From the NCBI GenBank assembly GCA_951406725.2, contig OX597826.1, forward strand, positions 14,074,001-14,138,000: a stretch of DNA of 64,000 nt, in the 5' to 3' direction. Position numbers and translations under genes: made by a program. Position 1 is the stretch's first letter; every line of letters begins with the position of its first letter. Below the pieces are notes generated by a model that saw nothing but the letters and a program-made list of their open reading frames with translations, was not told where the DNA came from and did no database searches. Below are positions 1-13,499 of the stretch, one piece after another. Source of the stretch: Octopus vulgaris. Its lineage: Eukaryota.

Positions 1-1139
1 ATTGACTGTATCGTTTCGGAAATGTTAAATGTGAGACAAAGTCATGCCAACCGGACATCAGTCTGTTGCAAGCATTATTTTCAATAAAGCTGTTTAAAGC
101 TTCCAGCAAACTTCAACTCATGACTACGTTTACCAAAGAAAAAATTGTTGCTGTTTTTCTTTAGTCGCAGGTGAGCTTCCGGCTTCCTCTTGCAGTAAAG
201 AAACAAAAACAGTAAAGAAACAAAACACTCAGTATTACAACTATAAAACCATGGGGCTCTATCACATGTACTTTTTTTTATATGAAAACGTGTGTAGCAC
301 ATTTTTCTGAAATGCGTGTGATTGTTTCTCTACGTATAAAACAGAAAGGTTGCATGATTTCAGAAAGGTCAACCTGCTATGTCTAACAGTTTTAATGGCC
401 TGCTTACTACCAGTTATAGGATTTTTTTTATTCAATAACTTCACTCGTTCTTTCTTAGATATTTCTTTCTTGTGATAGGTAATATACAATCAGCCATTTC
501 AGACACAGCGCACCTGACTCATAATTATTCCTACCAAAGAAAAGTGTCACAAAATGAGAGGGGGGGAGTGAGACGATACATCAACGTGAATGTTTATGAG
601 CATGAATCAAGTTTCGCAGAACATTTGATCATATACACTCAGGGATGTGTTATATTTGTTTTTGCAATACATTGAAAATCTTGAGGCAAATGGAAAAGTG
701 AAGTCATGATTTGTCTGAATGTATTCTGAAATTCAACAATAAAATACTAATTTAATTTATTCTTATGATAAACTTCAAATCTCAACAATGGTGCTTCTGA
801 AGTTCGGTCATAGTTGAATTCATAGAATTATCCAGGTTTTTGTCTTGTCAGCATCCATTTATATCACACAATATGCCTAGCGTCTACATGTTTCTCTCTG
901 CGTCCTTGGGTTTCACAAATTCAATTTATTATTCAAAGGGCAGTCGAGAATATATAAAATTTGTGAACTACATCTCTTAAATGACTTATAACATTTCAAG
1001 TACACTGCATTCAATAAAATTTTATTACGAGCAGAAGGTTGGAATTCACGTCAAATGTATGAATTGTACATTTGAGAAAAGTTTCTGATAATTCCATGCA
1101 TACTTGTTGAGTGGTGGTTTGGCACAGTCCTTAAAGTAT

Positions 1140-1865
1140 CGGAAAAACCACCTTAAGACACTTGCTCTGGCACTCTACGTCCTGAGTTCAAATCTCATGT
1201 TGGTAAAGCTTTTTAATTCATCCTTTTTGGGGTCAATAAAATAAAGCACCACAGAAGTGCTGGTGTTAATGGTATCGACTAACTTCCATAACTCCGAATT
1301 GCTAGCCTTGTAGGAAGACCAAAAATACGGATATACGTCTTAAATAATGCGTCCGTGATTCACACTTCATAGTGAATTAACAGCCAAACAAAATACCGCA
1401 ACTGCTTACAACGAAATTTTATGTTGAAAGTTGTATAATACACTGTTAAATATACTATAAAATAAGGGTGGAGAGATTACAATCATTAGTATGCTGAAAA
1501 ATATGCTTAGCGGCATTTGGTCCACCTTTACACCCTAAGATCCAATATAGCCGAATGTGACTTTGCCTTTCATCTTATTGAGGTCGCGAGTAGTTGAGTA
1601 CTGGGGTGTATGTCATCAATTTATCCTCTCTCCCGAAATTTCTGGGCTCGTGCCGGAATTTGAAGCAAACATATTGTACAATATGTAGCTTAATATAAAC
1701 TGTTGGGTCGTTGGACTTTACGTTCTGAGCACAAATTCGACTGAGGTCAACTTTGCTTTCATCTTTTCGGGTTCGATAAAATAAGTACCAGTCGAACACT
1801 AACGTCGATGTTCTTGAACTAACCCTCTCCTTCGGAATTAATGGCTTTTTGACAAATTTCGAAAC
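1140..1865 (+). mobile_element. Three diverged, partial copies of the dominant octopus-type SINE
   Basis: Degenerate versions of ctgagttcaaattcc..gaggtcgactttgcctttcatcctttcggggtcgataaa at ~1180, ~1550 and ~1725. Confidence 0.6.
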
Positions 1866-2148
1866 CACTATTAAGTATTCGCGAATGTTTTTCTCAGGAT
1901 CAACCTGAATGTTGGGACAACTTTCCGTATTTATTTTTGGGTTTTTACGTTGTCAGTTAAAATTTCTCTGAAGGTTACACTATTTGTTCACAGCCAAGAA
2001 ACGTTTGATTTTGTGCCTATGGTAAAGACTAAAATTATAATTATGATATTTTAACACTTTCATATGCCTTAAAGGCAACAATAGTGCACCATTAGACTGA
2101 GGATTGCGTTCTGTTGAAAATATATTTTTATGGGAATATAGTCTGGGT

Positions 2149-2200
<52 letters not shown>

Positions 2201-2238
2201 ATATCTCTAATCCCTCTCCCTCTCTTTCTTTGTGTATA

Positions 2239-2316
<78 letters not shown>

Positions 2317-2427
2317 GCCGAAATTGATCTGTTCTTGACTGATATAGGGCTAATGTCCCGTCCTGTGGTTCTTGTGTCGTCTCTTTGGTGTTTCATGTTC
2401 TTGTCCATGTCTGTATTTATTTTTTAC

Positions 2428-2478
<51 letters not shown>

Positions 2479-2481
<3 letters not shown>

Positions 2482-2810
2482 AAAATAGTAAAGGTGAAAA
2501 AACGACAGAAGGCTTAAATGTTAAAGAATATATATATTTGCGTCAATATAGAATATTGGGAAGATTTTTTCCTTCTTATAATAACATAATTTTATAATTT
2601 TTAAAGAAAGACGGTTTCGCATTTATACGTAAACATTACGTCGCAAGAAATTTGAAGAGCTAAATATAACCGGTCTTTCTTTAAAAACTATAAAATTATG
2701 TCATTATAAGAAGGGAAAAATTTTTCCAATATTCTCAGACATATACGCAAATATATATATTCTTTAACATTTAAGCCTTCTGTCGTTTTTTCACTCTTTA
2801 CTATTTTCTT
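2479..2810. repeat. Fold-back element (arms ~2479-2616 / 2669-2810) next to (TA)n, with hammerhead remnants
   Basis: aagaaaatagtaaaggtgaaaaaacgacagaaggcttaaatg... is mirrored by ...catttaagccttctgtcgttttttcactctttactattttctt; AAGAAA-t-TTGAAGA-gc and (minus strand) gc-GAAA-ccg-TC-tttctt lie near the centre. Confidence 0.85.
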
Positions 2811-2872
2811 ATATATTCACCCACGTGCTTTCACAAACAAACTTTCTTATCTCTCTCTCTCTCTCTCTCTCT

Positions 2873-3026
<154 letters not shown>

Positions 3027-3374
3027 TATTACTGTACTTACTTTGAAGAATGTTAGCTGCTCTAACTATTATTCTAGTTTTTGTTCTTTTGTCGATGTGA
3101 TAGGCCATTTAATGTGGTGGAGTGTGTATTGTAAGTGATGTTGTGAATTGTATTCTGTCGCTTAATGTCCGATGCCGGGTGCATACAGTATATACCGTGG
3201 GTATATACTATGTATTATACTATTGTCTTCGAATTATGTACAGCATGTATTTTGGGGAGAGTAAAATTTTATGTGTGATTACTGTGTAAAGTATGTGTGT
3301 GTTCTGTTGAAATGGAAAAATAAAATGTGTTACTTTGATATACTTAAATTAGTATACTTTGATATACTTAAATA

Positions 3375-3605
3375 GGCGGCGAGCTGGCAGAAACGTTAGC
3401 ACACCGGGCGAAATGCGTAGCCGTATTTCGTCTGTCGTTACGTTCTGAGTTCAAATTCCGCAGAGGTCGACTTTGCCTTTCATCCTTTCGGGGTCGATAA
3501 ATTAAGTACCAGTTACGCACTGGTGTCGATGTAATCGACTTTATCCCTTTGTCTGTCCTTGTTTGTCCCCTGTGTGTTTAGCCCCTTGTGGGTAGTAAAG
3601 AAATC
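3375..3605 (+). mobile_element. tRNA-derived SINE, family A (ggcggcgagctggcagaa head)
   Basis: Closely similar to copies at 25787, 32047 and 56957; B-box-like gagttcaaattcc; TSD-like atacttaaat on both sides. Confidence 0.9.
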
Positions 3606-4522
3606 TATACTTAAATTAGTATCTCCTCCTGCTATAGTCAAAGTATTGACTCTCGTACAAAACAACCTTAAATTGTCGTCTAAAATTATTCTCATCCCTT
3701 TGCTTATACCATGGATGTTCTCCGAATAAATTATACTACTATTTGCGATGCGGCTATTTCGTTACAGTTAAAACAAGGTAGATATTTTTGACTGACCAAG
3801 GGATTGATTTAACACACTTTAGCAAAATTATTACACTTAGCACCTAACAGTATTTATGTGAGAAGACTGATAGGATCATTAGTGCGTCGAACAAAAGGAT
3901 CTCCCGCATTTAGTGGCTCTACGTAAATTTTACTTTTCTTCTCTCCAGTAGCGATAAAATAATGTACCACGCAATTACTAGATTCTTTCTAATCAGAAAA
4001 ACTCCCGGTCGCAAAAATTGCTGGCCTTTTGCCTAATGTGGCGGATTAGCAAAATCGTTCGAACATCGGAAAAAAAAAATTACTTTCGCAATTTGTTCCG
4101 GCTCTTAATATTTTCCGGCTGTATACGTTCTGAAATGAACTACTTCGGTATGTGTGTCTCAAGTACAGTCTCTGTTGAACAGATTACTCTGTTTTGCTCG
4201 AAATTGCTGGTTTTGTGTGTAAATTGCAAATCATTATAAAAAGTTTATATTTAATGAATAAAGAGAAAGAAGTAAAGAAACCATTATTATAATAATTGTT
4301 GCACTTTTTTGTGTGTATTGTTGTAGGCCATTCGATTAAGATGGCGCTTCCTTTGGTTGCTGCTGCCTGTGTTATTAATATCGGTGTTGTTGCGGTGGTG
4401 GTGGTGGTGGCATCAACAGTACGTATGAAACACACAAACACACACACAACGAACACAGTTGTATAATTTTATACGTGCGTGTGTGTGTATAGATATATAG
4501 ATAGACAGATAGAAAGACAGAC

Positions 4523-4584
<62 letters not shown>

Positions 4585-5249
4585 GAAATATAATGATAAT
4601 CAGTAGTGTATATTAACAACTCGTTTCCCGATTATGATTGTTTGGTACACGTGATATGTGTTCCAAATGCACATATTGCAAATCTACATAGATGCTCAAC
4701 AACAAAGGATCCTGGGGACACACTCAATCGTACCGAGTTACATAATTATCTGTACAATGATGCAATAATGCGTTCTCTGTGGATCCGTTGTGGTTGAGAA
4801 TCTATATACATTTGGAATATCTGTTGCGCGTAGGAAATTTAATATAAAATTGTGTTTCTTCTTACTGTCTATAGGACTTGACTTGCAGCTCGTAACTAGT
4901 AGTACTACTCATAGTTAATAAACAGTGAGAGAATCTGGGCGCATCTTCTCGGAAGAGCGGTAGAACGGTCCGTTAGGAGACTCACTCACTCACTTCAAAA
5001 CGGCGGTGCATAAGCATAGCCGCAGCTCTAAGCTAAAACTACAGAAAAAAAAAACTATACAGAAAGTTGACTTGACTGAAAATCTGCCCAGGGCTCTAAA
5101 CATAACAGTAGTAGTATTACGTCAACTTTTACACATAATTTCTTTTCAAGTCACACACACAGAGTCACGTACACACACAGTCACGTACACACACACAGTC
5201 ACGTACACACACACAGTCACGTACACACACGCACACATATATCCCGTAA

Positions 5250-5500
5250 TCACGTGACTGACCAGGCTATCAGATGTTACAAATCGCTGGTCACAATGCG
5301 CTTTGCATTCTTGTTTTTTTTTAGCCTACAAATGATGCCATCCTGCTGGTAGGACGAGCAGGCCAATATTCCCAAGCCTGATAAAAACTGAGACAGGCGC
5401 ACCGTGAAATGAAGTGTTTTTCCCCAAGAACACAACGCACCGCCCAGTCAGGGAATCGAACACACGATCTGGCGATCATGAATGCGACAGCTTAACCAAT
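5250..5500 (-). mobile_element. tRNA-derived SINE (related to the 21590 copy)
   Basis: Minus strand ggttaagctgtcgc...gtgttcgattccctgac (A/B boxes), followed by gcgttgtgttcttgggg..acacttcatttcacg, which is shared with 21590. Confidence 0.7.
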
Positions 5501-5805
5501 ATATGTGTGAGTGTGTGTGTGAATCTATGTGTGTGAGCATGTGCTTGTGTGTCTGTTAACCTGATAGTCGTATTTATATATGTACATGAACGCACAGTCA
5601 CATGCACACGCACACACATATGTGCATACATGCTTTAGATCATCGACCATACCTATGCAACAGCATTGTGGAAGCAACTGTGGAAAGGTCTTTTAATTGA
5701 ACAGATGACAAAAATAAATATATGAGAGTAAACAGACTCACACACAGAGCGAAATATGCGCGTATGTGTTGACCTCATAGCAATATATATATATAGAGAG
5801 AGAGA

Positions 5806-6010
5806 GTTAATCCAAGCATGAAAACACAAAGAGAAAACACAACAACGTGAGGACGTGGAACAAATATAGTATTATTGGACGCACATGATGGAAGGGAAGA
5901 AGGAGGGTTTAACGTTTCGAGCGGAGCTCTTCGTCAGAAACATAGGAAAAGGAAAGATCCAAAGAAGGGAAGACGGAGCAAAAAAAATCGCCACCGGTAC
6001 ACACGCGGTC
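5806..6010 (-). mobile_element. PLE pLTR-like short repeat carrying a hammerhead (second copy at 62936-63128)
   Basis: About 180 bp shared with 62936-63128; both copies begin at (TA)n/(GA)n tracts. Confidence 0.75.
5907..5941 (-). ncRNA. Minimal type-I hammerhead ribozyme, canonical core
   Basis: Minus strand: guuu CUGACGA a gagc-ucc-gcuc GAAA cg UU aaac; stem I guuu/aaac, stem II gagc/gcuc, palindromic AACGUU stem III. Confidence 0.85.
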
Positions 6011-7569
6011 ACAGCTATGTGTGAATGTCTGTGCTTGTGTCTTTCTCTCCTCTCCAACGCTTGAAGACCGGTGTTGGTGTGTGGTGTGTTCACATCCCTG
6101 CAAATGAGCGGTTCGGCAAAAGGAACCGATAGAATATGTATCAGGTTTTAAAAAATTAATGGGCGGTACAGCCGAGTAAAATTTCTTCAAGGCCGGTGCC
6201 CCAGCATGACCGTCTGGAGATTGCTGCATGTGAAAAAGACAAGAAATAAATGAAAGTATTTCTTAAACTTTTTGTCTGTATTCACCAACGAGAAATAAAT
6301 TCGATTCCACTGGAGTTATTTTCCTATGATGTTTCGTTTTAGTATTTTTGACATATATATTAGTCAGTTAATTATCACTCACATCACTGTTTAATTATGC
6401 AATCCTTCACGAATTTAAACACATTAGCAATCATCCCCATAATTACTACAATACCTTCAAGAACGCACACCTTCAGATAAGACTTCTCTAATTTTCATTT
6501 ACTTCATTTTCTAAATAATTACTCATGAATTAACGTCTCCTTTTAAAACGATACACTGAGACGATTGATCAATTCATCAAGTCTTCTTTACTAATAATAT
6601 ACAGTCATGTACACCGCCGAAATAGTAAGTACTAATTATTGATTCAACTTGATAAATCTAATTCTCTGCGAACAATCTGTTAACCAAGTGCGTGCTGAAG
6701 GAAGGAATGCCAATTGTCACTGTCCTAAATACGTCTACATTTACACACACACACACACACACATACAAACACAGAGATACACATACATACCTACATACAT
6801 ACATATACATATGTGTATGTGTGTATATATATATTTGTGTGTGTATGTATATATATGTACTATGTATATATATATATACATATATATATACACATGTATG
6901 TACATATATATGTGTGTGCGCATGTATGTATGTATATATATATAAACACACACATACACACACACACACACACATATATATATAATTGAATTTTCTGTTT
7001 GTATGTATGTTTGTGAAAATGAGAGTAATCACCTCAAAAACTGTAGTAGTCTCACCCTGTTTCAGATTCGAAAGTGGATCTTTCAATTATCTTTGAGCAT
7101 ACTGACAATTCAAACATCAAAAGGAACCTTGGCAAATTAGTGTTCCACTTGACCTGTGGCCTTTTCAGTGCCATCGCAGAGTCACCTGGATTCGGTAAAG
7201 CTATTGTTCTATATGATATAGCTATTTTTCTAGCTTTGTGGTTCAGATATAAATACCCAAACTTATTTGAGACAGGCAGAGAGAATACGAGGGCGAAGCG
7301 AGACGCACGACCCACACAGACAGTATTTGACAGGGAAACGAAAAACATTGAGTCACCTGTGAAAAGCCAAATCACATCAACAGCATGTATTCCGACTTAG
7401 AGATCTGCTTCGCTTTCACTACCGACTGCTACAGTTAAACTTCTTTATCACAAAACGCCTTGCTTTGCATTCCTGGAAAATCGCATCGGAAATTCATCGC
7501 CAACACTGACAGGATATAGCATTTGTAATTTCATTTGACTTGTGAAAAAAATGTCTCTTAAAAAACAAG

Positions 7570-8310
7570 GGCGTCAAAAAAGGAACACCAAAGAGATGCG
7601 CGACGATGAGAGACGCGCAGAATTTCACATGATCGACAAAGAAAGAAAGCTTGATGTGCATCTGGACCCGAAATACATCTAAGAAATGCACGACTTGCAG
7701 ATGGCCAACGAAGAATGACAGCCAGCAAAGAATTTAGAACGTGCCATAGAAAACGAAGATGAGAGACGCGCTTGGCTTGCAGATGAAACAAGGTACAATC
7801 TTAATGACGGGCTTCACTTTGATACAATCCAACAGCTTCAGCAAATGTTTCATAACAATAATAATTATATCAAGAGTTTCAAATCTACCCTTGATAATAC
7901 CCAAAGCAGAAATGTTCAATTGGTGATCTATTCTGACAGAAACCCCCAACTGACTACTCACGGCGTTTCAATGCACCAGAAACTAATGACGTTGCTATAA
8001 TTTTGTAGGTGAACAAACTGGAGAACGGGATATAATTATAAAGTGAAGAGACTGTTTCATTCAACGGGAAAATGACACACATCGCTCCTATGATACATTA
8101 CAGTATCTCTTGCTTTTTCTACATGGAAGAGATGAATATCACTCAGGCAGACGAAAATTCTAGAAAAAACCCCAAATCTATCGTGTATCGATTGAGTATG
8201 CTTAGACCCTTCAGTTTTAATTCATTGTATCGAAGTATGGATTTACTTCAACAATTCCTTGTTGACATGTATGCCAAGATAATCAAGAAAGACTCATCTA
8301 TGTAAGAACA
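7570..8310 (+). mobile_element. Helitron Rep-helicase gene fragment (decayed)
   Basis: Frameshifted motifs RRFNAPETNDVAII, GERDIII, HRSYDTLQYLLLF and LLQQFLVDMYAKI, typical of the Helitron Rep N-terminal region. Confidence 0.85.
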
Positions 8311-8489
8311 CACCAAAAAGGAATAAGGGGGAAAATAAACAGTTAGGGTAAAAAAAGCAAAAAAACTTATGGATTCAGTGGTCAAGCATGGCGACTGGTT
8401 AGAAAAACAAAGGTTTGACGGGCGAGGTTAAAAGAAGGGGAGATGTGGGATGTGGGGATGTGGGGGTGTGGTGAAGGTAGCGGTGGGGC

Positions 8490-9320
8490 GTGTGTCGCAT
8501 GGTTTGGAGATGATATCAATGAAGAGAGGAAGGGAGTTGAGCTCAAATGGCGCAGAAGAGGGAAGAGAGTATTTTAATTCTCGTTCACGGCGAAGGCGGT
8601 AGACTGGATGGCCCCTGTGCAAAGAAAGTCCGAACAGAGACAGGTGTTGTAATGAATGACCGGTAGAGCAGAAATGGCGCGAGACCGCGGTGTCATTGTT
8701 AAGTCTGATGTCTCGGAGGTACCCCGCAAACCGGTCAGCCAGAGGAGGGTAGAGAGAGCAGGGGATGCAGTAAATATCGTAGCTAGAAGTGCAAGAAAAG
8801 GAGTCGGTGATATGATAGGGACAATAGTGGATTCTTGTGAGGATGATGGTTGAGAGGTGGGGTTGAGGGAGAAACTGTGGACCAGGAAGTCACAGAGGTT
8901 GTGGGCTCGTTTGAAGGAGGGAAGGGGTAGGCTGAGGAAGATGTGCGAGGTGAAGGGATCGGACTGGTGTCACCGGATGTCTCGAAGAATAGTACGTTAG
9001 CGGGGTAGGGTGGAGAGGTGGTAGGTGAGGGGAAACGTGAAACGGGAAACTGAGGTGCGGCTATGGGAAGAAAGAGAAGAGGCATGGTCCACGGAACGTG
9101 CCCTGGCAAGGGCTGTGTGGATAGGGGGGTGAGGGGATATCCACGAAAGATGAAATGGTGAGCCATGAGTTGAGACTGGTTCTCACTGCAGAGCCTGCGC
9201 AGACGGAGGAATTGGGAGTAGGAAATGGAGAGCTTGGTGTGAGTAGGGTTGGAAGAGAAGTTAAGATAAGAGCGGGAGTCAGTGTGTTTGTAGTGTATGG
9301 AGGTAGTGAGAGCGGAGCGG
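8490..9320 (-). mobile_element. Penelope-like element fragment (RT thumb + GIY-YIG)
   Basis: TTSIHYKHTDSRSYLNFSS..HTKLSISYSQFLRLRRLCS..RGYP; DIYCIPCS..ADRFAGYLRDI; RLRRERELKYSL..APFELN. Confidence 0.88.
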
Positions 9321-9799
9321 TATATATACATATATATAAATAAACGTACATATATAATAACGCATACTCTTACTCACACGCATGTATGTATATATTTATT
9401 TTATAAGGTCGTTTTTTTCTTTTAGTTGTATGTCGCAGTTACAGCCAAAACCAACTTTACTTTCGTTTATGTCAATCTTACTCCCGAGCTATATTAAATT
9501 CGAAATTGGTATTTTAGCTAAATATGTGATTAGATTATTTCTTCTACTATCCTTGATATAATGTCATATTATCAACTTTTCTCACATCTGTATATTTATA
9601 CTTATAGTATGCAATAACCTTCAGGCTTTTGAAAAGAAATCTGTGTGAAGATTGAACTAAATATTCTATTGATCTTAAATCATCTTATTTGTGTTAATCC
9701 GATGATGAAGCACAGTGACGACGTATATTGTCTTTAACTACTTTCGTTACTTATATCTAATTTTACACGATATTACTGTGCTTTGTTGCTTTATGGAGA

Positions 9800-12200
9800 T
9801 ATTATCTATTGTTTTGTAGGATTATTTAGTATTAATTTAACGAAAACTTTGCACAACAAACACTCACACGCAAATACAATATGAGTTAATATTGCCCAAA
9901 TCACACCTAAACACGTGTGCACATACATGAAGCAATATTTACATGCACATACATAAAGAAATATTTCAAGGAGATTAATGAGATAAATGTTATCATTCTG
10001 AGAAAATCGGTGTGAGGTAATATATGTGCAGTGCAATAGATATAAGTTTCCACTGGATGTCACATAAAATACGTTGGAAACGTTCAGAGTTCAAAAGTCT
10101 TTTATAGAGTTAATACCTTTGCTGAAGCAATTTCTGTGTTTGTAATCCGAATGTTGTTACTTATCTTGGTAGGGAATAAAGCTTCTCACATTCATTAAAA
10201 GGGATATGTTAGGTTGCATAAATATGTAAAATTCAACAAATATCGATAATACAAGTATTGCACTATGAGAACCGGAATTTTCAATAACTGTTGTCATTAA
10301 GCAAAATTACTAATGAAATAGTGCTGCATATTTTAGGTATAATCGTTTTTGATTATTGTTCGAAGAAATACTTGTGTTGAAATTGTTTTATTAATTACCG
10401 GTAATAAACGTTTAGATTCAACATTTAATAACAAGCCTTAGTACACATTCCCTCTAAGTTCATTGATATTGAAATATCGCCATGATGCCTTTAATTCCAC
10501 GTCTCTCGGGATTTTTATATTGTTTCATTTGTATCTGAACATTAATTTATTATTTTATTCAAAGAACTAAAATATTCATGTTTTATAATTATTTCTCCAT
10601 TATTCATATATTTCAATGATATCTCACAGATAGTGATCGATAATTATATACAACAAGTAGAAATAAAATCATTGCAAGTTTATTTAATGAAATTTTAATA
10701 AGACTTTTATTATAAAACCTAGCCTCAAATAGGAAATTACCTTTTACTGGAACAATAGTATATTATTACTTTCTCAAGATATGTTTTGTATTCCGATTTG
10801 ATATGATATAAAACTTCACCTCTATTAGATAATTGTGGAACTATATCACCTCAGTAAAATCATAACGTGAAGATAATTATATCAATTCTGACAGGCTAGA
10901 TTGGCCAAGATATAATCGGATATACAGTGTAATATAAGTAAGAATAAAGATAAATGAATTCTGTTAAATGAAAGTATGCGTGTCTATCGTAATATAATTC
11001 TATGATTTATATGAAAGACGAGAATTAAATATAATTAGCTGGTGTTTTAAAGCGCAAGAATATTTAATTTACAAGATTCTAACTTTAGGTTCCTCGAACT
11101 GGATTGACTACATGTAAGATTCCCTGGTAATTATTTAGATTCAGATAAAGGAACATTAATGTGATGTTCAAAACGAGTGGGTTCACGCAAAGGGACGCAT
11201 TTAAATTCACTGAGTAACTTTTAATAGTGAGACTCCGATAGTCTAGTTCCTGGACAAGTATTACTCGTGAAAATGAGATCTCTTTTCCCAAGATTACTTT
11301 TCAGAAGCCTTTTAAAAATATTTGAGTACAATCCAGAACCTAGACCATATAAATTTGATAGTATTTCATATTCCCTCCTTCACGAGCAGTTGCAAGAAAT
11401 ATTGTATAATGAAGCGGGGTTGTTTAAATTATGCGAATAGTTCATGATATACAAAGAGAGCTAAATGTCTAAGGGATCTTTCCTTACACAATCTTTCTAT
11501 ATATTATTTAATCCCTTCTTAATAGTATCGCAACCTTGATTATCCTATGGTGAAAGCGATATCCTATGCTTCGAAATATAATCACAAACGCCTAGCCATA
11601 ATGTTTTCTGCTCCCCGATGCCTATGGTCCCTATTTTTCTCGTTAGGATCCATATTAAACATTTCATAATTTCTTTGTAACATTTTATTCTTACGGAAGC
11701 CCTTACATGCGGATATCTGGTTATAAAATAATAAAAGGAATATATTTGGCTACTTAATTTACTTGTAAATGCGTTATTCAAACGCATCCGATCTAAATTT
11801 CACATAGTTAAGAGCCAGTGAAATCAGAGTTTCTCTCATTGATGTATAGCTTGTCAAATAGGAATTTGGATTCACTGAAACATCGCGACGATATAGTTTT
11901 AAATACGATGGCGGAGTGTATGTAGTAATCATCTTATAATGCAAAGCTCTTTACAATGGATTATATCTAACTACGAGAATCCAGTTTTCACTATCTGCGT
12001 GTGAAGACATATGTCAACGAGAGAATAATCTTGTTTTCAATAGATATTATCATGGGATAATCCTTGAAATATTCAATATTGTGATTTTTCTTAAATATAA
12101 TAGCGTGCAATCGTTGAAAATATATATGAAATTATATTAATCAACACATATCCAATTTAATTTTGATTTTCTCGGAATATTCTTTGCGATCTAGTTTACG
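9800..12200 (-). pseudogene. Decayed cadherin-repeat coding remnant with possible transmembrane segment
   Basis: ILVQELDYR (~11235-11262), INVPLSES.*LPG, RYFNINELRGNVY (~10441-10480), hydrophobic CLGVIWAILTHIVFAC (~9860-9915); many stops and frameshifts. Confidence 0.4.
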
Positions 12201-12384
12201 TTCATATGTTACAGTTTATATATAAAATGTTAAAAGTAATGTAAGTATGAAGGAGAATGTTGTACCAGAATCTTCTATTGTTTGTTAACCTGTTTAAGTA
12301 CTTATTTCTGCTCAAAGGAATTGTCGAATACTCGCCAATAAAAATCTAAATTTTGTTCAACTCATCTTTTTGATTGTAAACCAA

Positions 12385-12464
<80 letters not shown>

Positions 12465-13499
12465 CGAAATTGATGCATTGGTGATATGCGCTCGATAGCG
12501 GATTGAGTGGAGGGTTTACAATAAAACAGGTAGTTTCTACCGATGAAACAAAGCTCTAACGCTGTAGTCTAGTAAATAAGAACGGTAAAGAGTTCCATGC
12601 TGAACATACTAGTAATTTATTTGTTTATTATTCCTTTTTTATTTACAAGGCTGGCTACATCATTTTCAAAATCACAGAGGTATTTTTACATTAGTGAGTC
12701 TATATTTGATAAGAAAGAGAAGTGTGCCAATAATATATTCAGATTTAATTTTTAATCTGGATAGAGGCGCTGTATATTTCGAAATATTAGTCTGAACTCT
12801 TTCTCACTGATTTTTAACGAAGAAATCATGTGCACAATATAAGCGCATCATCTGTTCTAAATAACTGAAAATAAAATTTATTACTCTTAATTATTACATA
12901 AACATGGCAGTTTCATATAAAAAACGTATCCGTTGGAAGGCGGGAAAAGGTACAGTCACAAATCCTTTATGGAAAAAATCTCGTTCGCTTCTACCTGTGC
13001 ATTTCTGTGTCTGTCGCACACCTACTTGTGTCTCTGTCTCCCTCATTTCCCCATCTCTCTCTCTTACACTCATTGCCTCTTTCTCTCTCTCTCTCTCTCT
13101 CTGTATATATATATATATATATATATAATAGTACCAGAAACACCCGTCATTGGCTGGGCTGAAAAAGCTGCCAAAATTGTTCTATGAATATTGAAAGTTA
13201 CTCACTTAGATTGTATTCAACATAGCCGGAAATTGAACATTTTGAGGGGCATCGTAGGAAGGTGAAATAAATGTTTCATTTAAACAGCTGGCAGCTCAGG
13301 AATCAGAAAGACATATAGGTGTTTAGGAATGGTCATCATAGTTATACTGATTTTAATATGGTTTTAGATGAAATTGTAAAGTGACATATGGATGAAATTG
13401 TAGTAATAATGGTAGGTTCAAGTGGAACCTCGTTTGTGAAATAGAAAAGATTCTTGAAAATAGTTACATAAGAATGAAAGTAAATTGTGAATTTGCATG

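Noticed and set aside
5150-5235. Regularly spaced agtcacgtacacacacac repeats
   Set aside because: A short minisatellite without unique spacers; not CRISPR-like
13165-13245. CTGAAAA...GAAA hammerhead-like spacing
   Set aside because: C3/A8 cannot pair, and I found no convincing stem I or stem III
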